Assembly: GCA_041651195.1 (NCBI GenBank)
Contig: JBAZJR010000003.1
Span: 82,441-146,440, forward strand
DNA: 64,000 bases
Reading direction: 5' to 3'
Source of the DNA: Patescibacteria group bacterium
GTDB lineage: Bacteria > Patescibacteriota > Patescibacteriia > Patescibacteriales > UBA12465
A model generated the notes under the pieces. The model had not been told where the DNA came from. It made no database searches and saw nothing but the letters and a program-made list of their open reading frames with translations. Shown here one piece after another: positions 1 to 11,043 of the stretch. Position numbers and translations under genes: made by a program. Positions within the stretch are counted from its first letter, which is position 1. Every line of letters begins with the position of its first letter.

Positions 1-658
1 AGATTTTTACGCCTTTTATGACGGCGTATCTCTTGACGCGGTCATATAAGATCTGCAACTCTTCTTTTGCCTCATTCAAGGAAGCTATTAATTTTTGTTC
101 CTTGGCTAGTGTCTGTTCCCAGTTTGGCGTCTTGGCTATAATGGCATCTTCCTGGTATTTTTCGGAGTAATTCAGGGAGAGGTAAATTACCGCCAGGTTA
201 TTACTGATACCGGTCAATAAAGTCTTGGCTGATGAGGTGCTTAGGTCACCGGTTTTAAAATCATGGAGCAAGGCTAGGAAATCGTCGGCGACATATGCCC
301 ACCCTTTATAGCCAGGGTCGGGAGATAAGAGCCTATAAGTTCTGGCGATAATTTCTCTCAGTTCGCTCATGATTTCCGCTTTAGTCGCTTCGTTTCCGAT
401 TTCTTCTTCTTCGGCTGATGTCGCCAATAGTAGCTTAGCCAAATAGAACAGGCTGAGTATCAGCAGCGGGGCAGATAATAATAAAAATATTAAATTGCGG
501 ATCGACCCATGTCCGGCATTAGCCGTGGCTGTAAGTTTCCAATAATTCGGGTCGGAGACCGCCAAGACCCATGGGCACGCTAAGACTAATGATATCAGGG
601 ATAATATCCAGATGCCCAATATCCTCATTTTTCTGGTAGTTAAAAATATTTTTAACAT
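1..658 (-). CDS. hypothetical secreted/membrane protein (N-terminal part; gene runs off window start)
   Basis: Minus-strand frame open from ATG (656-658) down to position 2, no stop across the whole stretch. SD-like aaaaaggagaaaaaacc precedes the ATG on the minus strand. N-terminal hydrophobic stretch ILGIWILSLISLVLA suggests a signal peptide or TM. Not in the ORF track because it is truncated by the window edge. Confidence 0.5.
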   Translation of the reverse strand, partial: MLKIFLTTRKMRILGIWILSLISLVLACPWVLAVSDPNYWKLTATANAGHGSIRNLIFLLLSAPLLILSLFYLAKLLLATSAEEEEIGNEATKAEIMSELREIIARTYRLLSPDPGYKGWAYVADDFLALLHDFKTGDLSTSSAKTLLTGISNNLAVIYLSLNYSEKYQEDAIIAKTPNWEQTLAKEQKLIASLNEAKEELQILYDRVKRYAVIKGVKI

Positions 659-989
659 GGTTTTTTCTCCTTTTTCCAATCCCGGCTAAGGGATACAGAG
701 ATTTAGGCCCACCAAAACGGTGCTGGTCCCTCGGCGTAGGCCGGCTGGGAAGGCTCAAGTGGATTTTATGATTTATCTCCACTAAAATAGCGCCAGGTTT
801 AGCGATATTTCGGTAGAGATAAATTTTTGTCAAAGAAGCATATTTTTAATAATTTATTTTAATAGGAAATATTATTCCTGTCAAATAGATCAGGCGGATA
901 AAAATATCAGGCGCCCCCTTTATCTTTTCTTAATCTCTAAATTTATAAAATATCGTGGTTGGTCATGACTGATCATAACGATATTTTTT

Positions 990-2390
990 ATGTTCCAAGC
1001 TAGGTTTTTTGGCCACAACTTTCGATTTACTCCGGCTAAGATTTTCTTTTTTACAAATTTAGCCTTTATTGCGGCTATCTTTATTTTTGGTTTCCGCCCG
1101 GGCGCTTTCCAGGCGCGGCCAGGCGAAAAAGACTTGGCTTATTATAACGGCCGCGACTTAAGTTTTAGCGGCCGGGTTTGCGAAGAAGCGGATCTGGATT
1201 ATAAGAGCCGGCGTTTGACGGTGTGCGTGAGCGGCCAGGCAAGCGGCCAAGTATTAGTGACAGCCGATCTCTACCCGGCTTATGATTACGGCGATTTCCT
1301 GCGCATCAGCGGAAAATTACAAGCCCCGCCGGAGATTGACGGCTTTGATTATGCTAGTTATCTGGCGCGCTATGACATCTATTCGGTGATGTATTACGTT
1401 AAGATCGAGCGTGTGAGCGGCAACTTAACTTGGCCCCAAGCGGCTTATCGGAGGTTGCTATATTTGAAGCAATCCTTAAAGAATATCATTGATTCCTCTC
1501 TCCCTGAGCCAGAGGCCGGACTAGCCGATGCGCTTCTTTTGGGCTATCGCCGGACCGTGGATAGGGAAGACCTGGATATTTTTGCGCGGGTCGGACTCAG
1601 CCATATGATCGCTATCTCTGGTTCGCATATTACGATCATGAGCGCTATGATCATTAATTTTCTCTTAGCGCTTGGTTTCAGCCGGCGCCGCTCCCTCCTG
1701 GTAGTTTTCGGATTTCTGGTTCTTTATCCGCTCGTGACTGGCCTGGCTGCTTCGGCTGTCCGTTCCTCGATCATGGGCGGCTTAGCTTTCCTGGCGATTT
1801 ATTATGGACGGTCCAGCTCCTTGATTAAGGCTTTAGCCTTTTCCGCCGCGCTGATGCTCGCTTTTAACCCGCGTTTATTGCGCGACGATATCGGCTTCCA
1901 ACTATCTTTCTTGGCGCTCTTAGGCATCATTTATCTTTACCCGCTCGGCGAAGGGATAAGCCGGCGTTTATTGGATAAGCTAAGGTTAAACCATCGCTTT
2001 CGTAATTTCTTAAAGGCTATCCTAGATACGGTCAATCTGACTTTAGTTTCTCAAATCGTTATTTTGCCGGTGGCCCTAGTTAATTTTAAGCAGCTGTCAT
2101 TGATCGCGCCTATCGCCAATATCTTGGTGCTTTGGACTTTCCCATTGCTTTTAGCTTCGCTCTTCTTCGGTATTTTTGCGTCTGCTCTGATGCCGACAGC
2201 CGGAGCCTTGTGGTTTCTGTCGCCTTATCTTTTGCTTAAGTTTATTTTTGTCGTTTCTGAAATATTGGCTGCGCCAAGTTGGGCTGCGGTCAAAATTGAA
2301 CATTTCTTTTGGTTTTTGGGAGGTATTTATTATTTGATTTTAATTTGTTTCGTTATTATCGGCCATAAATTTAAATCTAGGCTAGCTTGA
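990..2390 (+). CDS. ComEC/Rec2-family competence membrane protein (competence domain only, no beta-lactamase domain)
   Basis: 466 aa polytopic membrane protein. N-terminal TM, then DUF4131-like region (GFDYASYLARYDIYSVMYY), then multi-TM competence domain typical of ComEC. Confidence 0.6.
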   Translation: MFQARFFGHNFRFTPAKIFFFTNLAFIAAIFIFGFRPGAFQARPGEKDLAYYNGRDLSFSGRVCEEADLDYKSRRLTVCVSGQASGQVLVTADLYPAYDYGDFLRISGKLQAPPEIDGFDYASYLARYDIYSVMYYVKIERVSGNLTWPQAAYRRLLYLKQSLKNIIDSSLPEPEAGLADALLLGYRRTVDREDLDIFARVGLSHMIAISGSHITIMSAMIINFLLALGFSRRRSLLVVFGFLVLYPLVTGLAASAVRSSIMGGLAFLAIYYGRSSSLIKALAFSAALMLAFNPRLLRDDIGFQLSFLALLGIIYLYPLGEGISRRLLDKLRLNHRFRNFLKAILDTVNLTLVSQIVILPVALVNFKQLSLIAPIANILVLWTFPLLLASLFFGIFASALMPTAGALWFLSPYLLLKFIFVVSEILAAPSWAAVKIEHFFWFLGGIYYLILICFVIIGHKFKSRLA

Positions 2391-2479
2391 TTGACTATTA
2401 TTAATATTCGTGTTATTATTCCAAATTAAATGATCTTTAAGAAAAAAATAATAGAAAAATAAAAAACGGAGGAAGTACC

Positions 2480-3658
2480 ATGTTCAAGATCCCGCGCTTG
2501 GAGCAAGCCCTTCTTTTAGTTGATAATTCAGCCAGAAACTTTGAAGTGATTTGGTGGTCTCTGTATGATAAGAAGGTGATTGCTACCGCCCCTTTTGGAT
2601 TAGCGGTCAATTACCGTGAATTTCCAAATTATCTACTCAGTCTTAAGACGGCGATTAATAATCTTAATTTTCAGGTAAGCGAACGTTTCCTGCTGCCTGA
2701 TCTTGCCGATCAATATTTCGGAGCGATTACCGGTATCCATATTGATCTAGCCAATTGGATGGCTAAATCCCGTCGAGTTTACGTTTTATCTAGCGACTTG
2801 GCGGCGCGACTGGCTTTGACGCCGGTAGATGATATCACCTGGAATGACATTAAGTTTCCGTTTGATGCTTTTGCCATTAGCTTGGAGCAGCCCATCACCA
2901 CTATTTCGGGCAAGATTTTCGATTTCATAATTGTCGCCAAGATTATGGTCGATGGCCAGGAGTGCCTGGTGTTCGATCTCCTGTCGCCGGAATTGGCGAA
3001 TCTGCGTAGACGTAGCCAGGAAGAAAATAAGCTGATCAGCCGCTTGGTTAAGCGTAAAGAGTATGCCAAAGCCCTGGAGAAAATCAATTCCTATCAAGAG
3101 CAGGAAATAAGCCGAATGAATAATACGGAGCTAAACACTCGGGTGCTCATTTTGACTGAACTGCTCGGCAATCAATCAATTCATGCTTCTTTGGCCGCCT
3201 TATTCAATATTTCCAAAGCCAGCATGATGGAAAAACGTGTAGTGCCGCGTCGCTCGGCTAACCCTGAAGATTATCCGGAATGGGATCAAGCCGCTAATAT
3301 AATTTGCGGTTTATGCTTATATTTAGCTCAACATTCGAAGAAGCTTACTTATTCAGATATCGCCGGCTCCACTAAGGCCATCCATAGCGGCAAGTATGAT
3401 AATTCGGCGGTAACTTCCGTAGAGGATGTCTGCAGCGTTGCTTATAAGGGAGTCTTTAATCCAGATGAGCACGAAATTATTATTCAAGCCAGTGGTCGCA
3501 CCTTTGAGATGTCGGCCCATTTCCGTCGCGGGCATTGGCGAAAAGTAGATGACGGCAGCGGCAATACCAAGATAATATGGATTCATCCGACCCTGGTCAG
3601 AGCCGACCGTTTATCGGAAGGCAGTCTACCTGGCGGACTCCTTCAAAAAGTGGAATAA
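2480..3658 (+). CDS. hypothetical protein
   Basis: 392 aa ORF with SD-like GGAGGA 8 nt upstream. No motif recognised. Confidence 0.5.
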   Translation: MFKIPRLEQALLLVDNSARNFEVIWWSLYDKKVIATAPFGLAVNYREFPNYLLSLKTAINNLNFQVSERFLLPDLADQYFGAITGIHIDLANWMAKSRRVYVLSSDLAARLALTPVDDITWNDIKFPFDAFAISLEQPITTISGKIFDFIIVAKIMVDGQECLVFDLLSPELANLRRRSQEENKLISRLVKRKEYAKALEKINSYQEQEISRMNNTELNTRVLILTELLGNQSIHASLAALFNISKASMMEKRVVPRRSANPEDYPEWDQAANIICGLCLYLAQHSKKLTYSDIAGSTKAIHSGKYDNSAVTSVEDVCSVAYKGVFNPDEHEIIIQASGRTFEMSAHFRRGHWRKVDDGSGNTKIIWIHPTLVRADRLSEGSLPGGLLQKVE

Positions 3659-3661
3659 AAC

Positions 3662-3696
3662 AAAAAAGCCTTTCTTTTAGAAAGGCTTTTATTTTT
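3662..3696. terminator. bidirectional rho-independent terminator
   Basis: AAGCCTTTC-TTTTA-GAAAGGCTT 9-bp stem flanked by A-run upstream and T-run downstream. Sits between the convergent 2480-3658(+) and rpmB(-) genes. Confidence 0.6.
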
Positions 3697-3706
3697 GTCG
3701 CTTATC

Positions 3707-3961
3707 TTATTTTTTCGTCTTAGCCTTCTTTATTTTCGGAGCTTTCTTTTCGCCCTCTTTTAAGGCCGGCTTCCGTTTGGCTTTCACCCGTTTCGGCTTA
3801 TCTAAGGTGCGCAGGCAAGAAGTGCAGAGTTTGGCCTTTTCGCCGTCTATCATCTTAGTCTGCAGATTGATGCCTTGCCTCTTCAAAGTCTTGATCTTAG
3901 AATGGGATCGGCTCGCTCCCTTGGTCGCGCTGCGTCCGCATAAATCGCATTTTTTCGCCAT
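3707..3961 (-). CDS. rpmB: 50S ribosomal protein L28 (zinc-ribbon form, Lys-rich C-terminal tail)
   Basis: MAKKCDLCGRSATKGASRSHS...QGINLQ...CTSC matches L28 N-terminus and CxxC..CxxC. Lys-rich C-terminal extension. Confidence 0.75.
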   Translation of the reverse strand: MAKKCDLCGRSATKGASRSHSKIKTLKRQGINLQTKMIDGEKAKLCTSCLRTLDKPKRVKAKRKPALKEGEKKAPKIKKAKTKK

Positions 3962-4062
3962 ATTGATACTTATTTAAAATTAGATTCCCGGTCTCCGTTA
4001 CCAGAGAAGGGGATGGAGTCAGATTAACGATTCTATGTTAACAAGGTTTTTAAAATTAATCA

Positions 4063-4071
4063 AGCTATGGT
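4063..4071 (+). promoter_or_regulatory. extended -10 promoter element TGGTATAAT upstream of the site-2 protease gene
   Basis: TGnTATAAT consensus 14 nt upstream of the ATG at 4085. Confidence 0.35.
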
Positions 4072-4084
4072 ATAATGATTCCAT

Positions 4085-4696
4085 ATGTCTCAAGAATTGA
4101 GTATCGTTTTCCAAATAATCGTCCTAGTGTTTTCGGCTATCGCCCACGAGTATATGCATGGCTGGGCCGCTTTCCATTTAGGCGATCCGACAGCTAAGGA
4201 TGCCGGCCGACTGACCCTTAATCCGCTTGCCCATCTGGAATGGTTCGGCTCTTTTTTCTTGCCCTTGATCATGGTCATCACTAAGATGCCTTTTGTTTTC
4301 GGTTGGGCCAAACCAGTCCCTTATAATCCTCATAATTTAAAAGATCAGAGATATGGAGACGCGAAAGTAGCGGTCGCCGGACCGGCGACGAATTTAGTTA
4401 TTGCTTTATTTTTTGGCTTATTTTTAAGATTTTTTCCTGTTTTTAATCTGACTTTCGCTAGTCTTCTGGCAGTTATTATCTATATCAATCTAATCTTAGC
4501 TGTTTTTAATCTGATCCCGATTCCGCCTCTGGATGGGTCTAAAATATTGGCGACCTTCTTGCCGTCCGGCCCGCGTCAAAGGTATTTGGAGCTGGAACGC
4601 TATGGCTTTATTTTTATCATTTTATTTGTAATGTTGGCGGGAGAGCTTTTGATCCCGAGCGTTGATTTTTTGTTTAAAATTATCGTTGGCGTCTGA
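4085..4696 (+). CDS. site-2 protease family (peptidase M50) zinc metalloprotease
   Basis: HEYMH (HExxH) in a TM helix plus downstream PIPPLDGSKIL (LDG motif). Polytopic membrane protein. Confidence 0.75.
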   Translation: MSQELSIVFQIIVLVFSAIAHEYMHGWAAFHLGDPTAKDAGRLTLNPLAHLEWFGSFFLPLIMVITKMPFVFGWAKPVPYNPHNLKDQRYGDAKVAVAGPATNLVIALFFGLFLRFFPVFNLTFASLLAVIIYINLILAVFNLIPIPPLDGSKILATFLPSGPRQRYLELERYGFIFIILFVMLAGELLIPSVDFLFKIIVGV

Positions 4697-4718
4697 TTCC
4701 GCTGTTCTTGACTTATAT

Positions 4719-4747
4719 TTTAGATTTTGTTAAATTGAATGAGTAAA
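4719..4747 (+). promoter_or_regulatory. candidate sigma-70 promoter of the str operon (TTGACT-17 nt-TAAATT)
   Basis: Near-consensus -35 with 17-nt spacer and A/T-rich -10, in the gap before rpsL. A small hairpin plus T-run (4768-4791) follows. Confidence 0.3.
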
Positions 4748-4866
4748 AAAATCAGTAGCTTAAGCCTATCCTGAAGAATCAGGATTTTTATAATATTATT
4801 GTCAGCTGAGCGAGCGAAGAACGGATTTATCAGTTCTTCCGGGCGAGGTCGGGCAGTATCGTAGAT

Positions 4867-5286
4867 ATGCCAACTATAAATCAATTAGTAAAAAAAGGAC
4901 GGAAATCAATCGGTAAGAGGCGCAATGCTTTAGCGCTTCATACCAGCTTAGATTCTCTGCACCGCAAAAAGAAAGATACGGCCAAAGGCGCTCCTTTCAA
5001 GCAGGGGGTCTGTTTGAAGGTGACCACGACTACGCCGAAAAAGCCTAATTCTGCCTTACGGAAGATCGCTCGCGTGCGCTTGTCTAATGGCATGGAAGTG
5101 ACCGCCTATATTCCGGGCATGGGACATAACCTGCAGGAACACTCGATCGTTTTGGTCAAAGGCGGGAAAACTAAGGATTTGCCGGGCGTCCGCTATAAAG
5201 TAGTGCGCGGCGTTTTCGACGCGGCCGGCGTCGAGGCGAGACGGCAAGGGCGCAGCTGCTATGGCGCCAAGAAACCGAAGAAATAA
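4867..5286 (+). CDS. rpsL: 30S ribosomal protein S12
   Basis: [12 protein letters not shown]... classical S12 N-terminus and length. Confidence 0.95.
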   Translation: MPTINQLVKKGRKSIGKRRNALALHTSLDSLHRKKKDTAKGAPFKQGVCLKVTTTTPKKPNSALRKIARVRLSNGMEVTAYIPGMGHNLQEHSIVLVKGGKTKDLPGVRYKVVRGVFDAAGVEARRQGRSCYGAKKPKK

Positions 5287-5302
5287 TTAATCTTTAAATA
5301 TT

Positions 5303-5770
5303 ATGAGAGGTAAACCAGCCCCTAAGAGATCGATCGAAGGCGATGCGAAATATAACGATAAGAATATCGCTAAGTTTATAAATTACGTCATGGAGCGCGG
5401 CAAGAAAAGCGCGGCTGAAAAGATTACCTATGGCGCTTTTGAAATCCTGAAAGACAAGACTAAGCAGGATCCGCGCCATATCTTCAATAAGGCGATCAAG
5501 AAAGTTTCTCCTCTCGTCGAAGTTCGCGGCAAGCGCGTCGGCGGGGCGAACTACCAGGTGCCGTTCCAGGTGCGGGGTGAAAGGCGTTATTTTTTGGCCT
5601 GTAATTGGATCATTGACGCGGCTTTAGCCCGCAAAGGGCGCTCTAGCGCCGAAAAATTGGCGGGCGAGATCCTAGACGCTTCTAATGGTGAAGGGACGGC
5701 GGCCAAGAAACGGGAAGCGGTCCATAAGATGGCGGAAGCGAATAAGGCCTTCGCGCATTTCTCAAGATAA
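5303..5770 (+). CDS. rpsG: 30S ribosomal protein S7
   Basis: 155 aa, S7 sequence pattern (GKKS..A..I.Y.A...), position after rpsL. Confidence 0.95.
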   Translation: MRGKPAPKRSIEGDAKYNDKNIAKFINYVMERGKKSAAEKITYGAFEILKDKTKQDPRHIFNKAIKKVSPLVEVRGKRVGGANYQVPFQVRGERRYFLACNWIIDAALARKGRSSAEKLAGEILDASNGEGTAAKKREAVHKMAEANKAFAHFSR

Positions 5771-5795
5771 TTTCATTTTTAAATATCATTAAACT

Positions 5796-7877
5796 ATGGC
5801 TCGAGATTACGCTTTAGAAAACATCAGGAATATCGGCATCATGGCGCATATTGACGCCGGTAAGACGACTTTTACCGAGCGGGTTCTTTTTTATACCGGC
5901 AAGAAGCATAAGATCGGCGAAGTGCATGAAGGCGCGGCCGAGATGGACTGGATGGAACAGGAAAAAGAAAGAGGGATCACGATCACTTCCGCGGCGACCA
6001 CTTGTTTTTGGAAAAATAATAAGATCAATATCATCGACACTCCCGGCCACGTCGACTTTACCGTCGAGGTGGAGCGCTCTTTGCGCGTGCTTGACGGCGC
6101 GGTCGCCGTTTTTGACGGACAGGCCGGCGTAGAGCCCCAGTCCGAGACCGTCTGGCGCCAAGCCGATAAATACCAGGTGCCGCGTTTATGCTTCATCAAT
6201 AAGATGGATAAGATGGGCGCTGATTTTTATATGAGCCTGGATTCTATCCGGACGCGCTTGAATCAGAAAGCCGTCGCTATGCAGCTCCCGATCGGCGCGG
6301 AAAGCAATCTGAGCGGCGTAATCGATCTCTTGACCAAGAAGGCCTATCGCTTCACCGGCAATAACGGCGTGAATATAGAAGAAATCCCTGTGCCGGAAGA
6401 TATGCAGGCGAAAGTCGACGAATACCATAATGAATTAGTGGAGAAATCCGTGGAATGCGACGAGAAGACCATGGAAAAATATCTGAACGGCCAGGAAGTC
6501 GCCTTAGATGAACTTAAGGTCGCGATCCGCAAGGGCGTGATCGCTAACGCGATCTATCCGGTTTTTTGCGGAACCGCCCTGCAGAATATCGGCGTCCAAT
6601 TGGTTTTAGACGCGGTCAATGATTATCTCCCTTCGCCTTTGGATGTGCCGGATGTCGAAGCTTCCGATGTCCGCGACCTGGAACAGAAAATCGTGATCAA
6701 GGCGGATGATGGCAAGCCTTTCGTCGGCTTAGCTTTTAAGATCGCGACTGATCCTTTTGTCGGAAAATTATGTTTCGTCCGGGTCTATCAGGGCGTGCTT
6801 ACCGCTGGTTCCTATATCATTAATTCTTCAAAAAATAATAGCAAAGAAAGAGTCGGCCGCCTGGTTCGGATGCACGCTAACCACCGGGAGGAGGTCAAGG
6901 AAGTTTATGCCGGCGATATCGCGGCTGTGATCGGTCTGAAGAATACTACGACCGGCAATACGCTTTGTGAAGAGAACACCCCGGTCTTATTGGAGTCGAT
7001 TGTCTTCCCGGAGCCGGTCATCAAGATTGCCGTAGAACCGAAGACCAAGGCTGACCAGGAAAAGATGGGCGTCGCCTTGCAGCGTCTCGCTGAAGAAGAT
7101 CCGACCTTCCGGGTGGAGTCGGACGAAGAATCCGGACAAGTCCTGATTTCGGGCATGGGCGAATTACATCTGGAAATCATCGTCGACCGCATGAAGCGGG
7201 AATTTAGCGTGGAAGCTAATGTCGGCAATCCGCAGGTCTCTTATCGCGAAACGATCACGAAAGTGGCGGAAGCGGAGCATAAATACGTCAAGCAGTCCGG
7301 CGGCCGCGGCCAATATGGCCATTGTTCACTGCGGGTCGAACCGCAAGAGCAGGGTAAAGGCTTTGAATTCGTCGACGAGATCAAGGGCGGCATCATCCCG
7401 CGCGAGTATATTCCAGCGATTGAAAAGGGCGTCAAGGAAGCTCTGTTGTCTGGTACGGTAGCCGGCTATCCGATGGTGGATGTCAAAGCCGCGGTCTTTT
7501 ACGGCTCTTATCATGAAGTCGACTCTTCGGAAATCGCCTTCAAGATGGCGGCAATCTTTGCCTTTAAAGACGCTTGTCAGAAAGCCGGAGCGATTCTCTT
7601 GGAACCGATCATGAAAGTGGAAGTAACGACCCCGGAAGACTATATGGGTAATATCATCGGCGACTTGAGTTCGAAGCGCGGGCAGATTGAAGAGATGTCC
7701 GACCGGGCTAATATCAAGGTCGTAAAAGCCAAAGTCCCGCTTGCGGAGATGTTCGGCTATTCTACGAGCTTGCGTTCTATGAGCCAAGGCCGCGCCAATT
7801 ACGTTATGGAGTTCTCCCATTATTCCGAGGTGCCGAAAAATATCCTGGAAACCATCAAGGAAAAACAAGGGAAATAA
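5796..7877 (+). CDS. fusA: elongation factor G
   Basis: 693 aa, [15 protein letters not shown]1 motif, DTPGHVDF, full EF-G domain order. Confidence 0.97.
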   Translation: MARDYALENIRNIGIMAHIDAGKTTFTERVLFYTGKKHKIGEVHEGAAEMDWMEQEKERGITITSAATTCFWKNNKINIIDTPGHVDFTVEVERSLRVLDGAVAVFDGQAGVEPQSETVWRQADKYQVPRLCFINKMDKMGADFYMSLDSIRTRLNQKAVAMQLPIGAESNLSGVIDLLTKKAYRFTGNNGVNIEEIPVPEDMQAKVDEYHNELVEKSVECDEKTMEKYLNGQEVALDELKVAIRKGVIANAIYPVFCGTALQNIGVQLVLDAVNDYLPSPLDVPDVEASDVRDLEQKIVIKADDGKPFVGLAFKIATDPFVGKLCFVRVYQGVLTAGSYIINSSKNNSKERVGRLVRMHANHREEVKEVYAGDIAAVIGLKNTTTGNTLCEENTPVLLESIVFPEPVIKIAVEPKTKADQEKMGVALQRLAEEDPTFRVESDEESGQVLISGMGELHLEIIVDRMKREFSVEANVGNPQVSYRETITKVAEAEHKYVKQSGGRGQYGHCSLRVEPQEQGKGFEFVDEIKGGIIPREYIPAIEKGVKEALLSGTVAGYPMVDVKAAVFYGSYHEVDSSEIAFKMAAIFAFKDACQKAGAILLEPIMKVEVTTPEDYMGNIIGDLSSKRGQIEEMSDRANIKVVKAKVPLAEMFGYSTSLRSMSQGRANYVMEFSHYSEVPKNILETIKEKQGK

Positions 7878-7884
7878 TAAATAT

Positions 7885-8271
7885 ATGTTTCCGGAGCAAT
7901 TGCAGAAAATTCTAGATCTAATCAAGAAAACCGGGGATCGGGTAGTGATTTTTGATAGCCGTAATCCGGATGATTCTTACGTCGTTATGGATTTTAATAA
8001 CTATGCCAACCAGGCTGCGCGAGGGGCATCTGCTCCGGCCGCCGCTCCCTCCCATAACTCCCCTGAACCAGCAGCGCCGAAAGCCGAATTATCCCCAATG
8101 TCAGCTAAATCTGATAATTTGACAGAAGAAGATTTAACTGATAAGATAAATCGCGAGATCTCGATGTGGAAGAATCGGGATGTTTCGTCTTTTCTGGGGG
8201 AGGAAAATAAGTCAAAAAATGGCTGGCAGATCCCGCCGCAAGTGAAAGATAAGGCTCAAGAAGTAGAATAA
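7885..8271 (+). CDS. hypothetical protein inserted between fusA and tuf
   Basis: 128 aa ORF starting 8 nt after the fusA stop with the same ATATG start context as neighbours. Low-complexity Ala/Pro middle. No motif recognised. Confidence 0.45.
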   Translation: MFPEQLQKILDLIKKTGDRVVIFDSRNPDDSYVVMDFNNYANQAARGASAPAAAPSHNSPEPAAPKAELSPMSAKSDNLTEEDLTDKINREISMWKNRDVSSFLGEENKSKNGWQIPPQVKDKAQEVE

Positions 8272-8394
8272 GCGAGGTAAAAATATTTTTAATAATTTAT
8301 TAATAATTTAATTTAAGTTCGGCTGGTTTCCTAAGGGTCTAATCGCCCTTGTCAGGAAAGAAACCCCGTTTCACGGGGGCCTTACAACAAAAAC

Positions 8395-9585
8395 ATGGCA
8401 GCAGAAAAATTTGAACGCAGCAAGCCCCATGTTAACGTCGGTACCATCGGCCACGTTGACCACGGGAAAACCACTTTAACCGCCGCGATGTTAGCCGTTT
8501 TCGCCGCGAAAGGCATGAAAGCGTCTCACAAGGGCGTTAATGAAATCGATGCCGCGCCGGAAGAGAAGGCGAGAGGTATCACTATCGCGACCGCGCACGT
8601 GGAATATGAATCCGATAAGCGCCACTATGCGCACGTTGATTGTCCGGGACACGCCGATTATGTCAAGAACATGATCACCGGCGCCGCCCAGATGGATGGC
8701 GCTATCTTAGTTGTCTCCGCGACGGACGGTCCGATGCCGCAGACCAGAGAACATATCTTATTGGCTCGCCAGGTCGGCGTGCCGTATATCGTCGTCTTTT
8801 TGAACAAATGCGATATGGTCGAGGACAAGGAACTGATTGATTTGGTCGAAGAAGAGATCCGCGATCTACTCAAGAAATATGAATTCCCGGGCGACACTAC
8901 TCCGATCATCCGTGGTTCCGCTCTGAAGGCTCTAGAAAATCCGACTGGTCCGGACGCTGAACCGATGATGAAATTGATGGAGACCCTGGACACCTATATC
9001 CCGGAACCGATCCGCGATGTTGATAAGCCTTATCTGATGCCGATTGAAGACATCTTCTCGATTGAAGGCCGCGGCACGGTCGTGACCGGCCGTATCGAAA
9101 GAGGTATCGTCAAAGTCGGTGACGAAGTAGAGATTGTCGGTTTGATGGAAACGAAGAAAACTACCGTGACCGGCATTGAAATGTTCAATAAGCAATTAGA
9201 CCAAGGCCAGGCTGGCGATAATGCCGGGATCTTGCTGCGTGGCACCAAGAAGAATGAGGTGGAACGCGGCCAGGTTCTGTGCAAGATCGGTAGCGTCACG
9301 CCGCATACTGAATTTTCCGCCGAAGTCTACGTCCTGTCTAAGGACGAAGGCGGACGCCATAAGCCTTTCTTCAACGGCTATAAGCCGCAATTCTATTTCA
9401 AGACTACTGATGTGACCGGCGACATTACTTTGCCGGCGGGCACGGAGATGGTTATGCCGGGCGACACGGTCAACCTGAATATCAAGCTGATCGCGCCGAT
9501 CGCTCTTGAAGATAAGCAGAAGTTCACTATCCGTGAAGGCGGCCGGACTGTCGGCGCCGGTTCCGTCACCAAGATCATGAAATAA
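8395..9585 (+). CDS. tuf: elongation factor Tu
   Basis: 396 aa, [22 protein letters not shown] motifs. Confidence 0.97.
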   Translation: MAAEKFERSKPHVNVGTIGHVDHGKTTLTAAMLAVFAAKGMKASHKGVNEIDAAPEEKARGITIATAHVEYESDKRHYAHVDCPGHADYVKNMITGAAQMDGAILVVSATDGPMPQTREHILLARQVGVPYIVVFLNKCDMVEDKELIDLVEEEIRDLLKKYEFPGDTTPIIRGSALKALENPTGPDAEPMMKLMETLDTYIPEPIRDVDKPYLMPIEDIFSIEGRGTVVTGRIERGIVKVGDEVEIVGLMETKKTTVTGIEMFNKQLDQGQAGDNAGILLRGTKKNEVERGQVLCKIGSVTPHTEFSAEVYVLSKDEGGRHKPFFNGYKPQFYFKTTDVTGDITLPAGTEMVMPGDTVNLNIKLIAPIALEDKQKFTIREGGRTVGAGSVTKIMK

Positions 9586-9630
9586 TCACTTAGACCCGCT
9601 CTTCAACAAGGGCGGGTTTATAGTGACTAT

Positions 9631-9659
9631 TTGAGCAATTAAAATTTCAACTAAATAAT
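9631..9659 (+). promoter_or_regulatory. candidate promoter of S10 operon (TTGAGC-17-AATAAT)
   Basis: -35/-10-like hexamers with 17-nt spacer, 15 nt upstream of rpsJ ATG. Follows a tuf terminator-like hairpin (9608-9624, CCCGC..GGCGGG). Confidence 0.3.
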
Positions 9660-9673
9660 CATAAAAGTTCATT

Positions 9674-10009
9674 ATGTCGGAGACCAAAAAAGAAGAAAAA
9701 GATTTCAAGCAAAGAATCAGGATCAAGATCCGGGCTTTTGATCATAAGATCATTGATCAATCTACTAAGACGATTATCGAAACTATCGAGCGGAGCGACG
9801 CGCAATTCTTCGGGCCGATCCCGCTGCCGACCGAAAAACGGAAATATACGGTCAATCGTTCGACTTTCGTGCATAAAGATGCTCGCGACCAATACGAAAT
9901 GCGCACCCATAAGCGGATGATTGATATTATTGATCCGACTCAGAAAACTATCGAAGATTTGACGAATTTGGTCTTGCCGGCCGGGGTTGACGTAGAAATA
10001 AAAATGTAG
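9674..10009 (+). CDS. rpsJ: 30S ribosomal protein S10
   Basis: [17 protein letters not shown]...[32 protein letters not shown] pattern. Confidence 0.95.
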   Translation: MSETKKEEKDFKQRIRIKIRAFDHKIIDQSTKTIIETIERSDAQFFGPIPLPTEKRKYTVNRSTFVHKDARDQYEMRTHKRMIDIIDPTQKTIEDLTNLVLPAGVDVEIKM

Positions 10010-10217
10010 TAGGATTACGAAGTAATATTTAATTGGCTAATCACCGCCTAAATAACTCTGAATTTAAAGAAAGTGTTTGAGCGAAAATTAGCTAAATATT
10101 GGAGGTAAATCAGCTGGATAAAACAAAATAAAAAATAGGCGGAAAAAATTATTTTTTATTTTTGATTTTTTGAAGCTGGTTTAGGCAACCAGTTTTTGTT
10201 TTATAAAGGAACATTAT

Positions 10218-11015
10218 ATGAAATTTATCAGCGGAAAGAAATTGAGCATGACCCAGATCTGGTCGGGCGACAAGGTCGTAGCCGTGACCCCGGTTTTAGC
10301 CGGACCTTGCACGATTACCCAGGTTAAGGATAAGGCCAAAGACGGTTATACGGCGGTCCAGCTTTCTTATGGCGAACGCAAGCTTAAAAATATTAATAAG
10401 CCGCAACAGGGACATTTTAAGAAAGCGGGAATCGCGGCGGCGGCTTATGTGCGTGAATTTTTGACGCCGGAGGCCGCTAACTTTAAGATTGGCGACACTG
10501 TTTCTGCGGCTACTTTCCAGGTCGGCGACGTCGTTGCCGTGACCGGCACCTCCAAGGGCCGGGGTTTCCAGGGCGTAGTGAAGCGCCATCATTTCCATGG
10601 TTTTAGGGCGACGCACGGCAATAAGGACCAGGAACGCATGCCTGGTTCGATCGGCCCGAAAGGTCCGGCGCATGTTTTTAAAGGGACGCGCATGGGCGGC
10701 CGGATGGGCGGCGATAAAGTGACCGTGGCCAATTTAAAGATCGCGGCAGTTGACGCCGAAAAGAATATCCTATTTATCGCCGGCGCTATCCCGGGTGCGA
10801 TTAACAGTTTTGTGATGATCAAGGGTGCCGGTGATCTGCTGGTCAATCTGAAAGCGGAAAAGTCCGCGGTGGAAGCGCCGGAAGGAATAGTGGAAACAGC
10901 CGAGAAAGCCGAGGTGGCTGAGGCCGTCGAAGCAGTCGCGGCGGATAAGCCGACTGCGGCAGACGAGCCAGTAGCGGAAGTTCCGGCGGAAGTTCCAAGC
11001 GAAGCTAAGAATTAA
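10218..11015 (+). CDS. rplC: 50S ribosomal protein L3 (with acidic/Ala-rich C-terminal extension)
   Basis: GTSKGRGFQGVVKRH.F.G...THG motif. About 60-aa extra C-terminal tail (AEKAEVAEAVEAVA...). Confidence 0.93.
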   Translation: MKFISGKKLSMTQIWSGDKVVAVTPVLAGPCTITQVKDKAKDGYTAVQLSYGERKLKNINKPQQGHFKKAGIAAAAYVREFLTPEAANFKIGDTVSAATFQVGDVVAVTGTSKGRGFQGVVKRHHFHGFRATHGNKDQERMPGSIGPKGPAHVFKGTRMGGRMGGDKVTVANLKIAAVDAEKNILFIAGAIPGAINSFVMIKGAGDLLVNLKAEKSAVEAPEGIVETAEKAEVAEAVEAVAADKPTAADEPVAEVPAEVPSEAKN

Positions 11016-11043
11016 ACACGCGTTATTACCGTTTGCAAAATAT

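Noticed and set aside
519-833. 104-aa minus-strand ORF from the track
   Set aside because: It overlaps, in a different frame, a much longer minus-strand ORF (656 down to 2, open to the window edge) that has a proper SD. The long edge-truncated ORF is the likelier gene.
5814-7925. Several 60-199 aa ORFs antisense to or out of frame within fusA (for example 7326-7925 minus, 5891-6199 minus)
   Set aside because: fusA identity on the plus strand is unambiguous. These are typical spurious shadow ORFs in moderately GC-rich coding DNA.
8272-8394. Checked fusA-tuf and tuf-rpsJ spacers (also 9586-9673, 10010-10217) for tRNA genes
   Set aside because: No cloverleaf or T-loop (GTTCRANYC) consensus found; only small hairpins (for example AAGGG..CCCTT, CCCCG..CGGGGG), probably leader structure.
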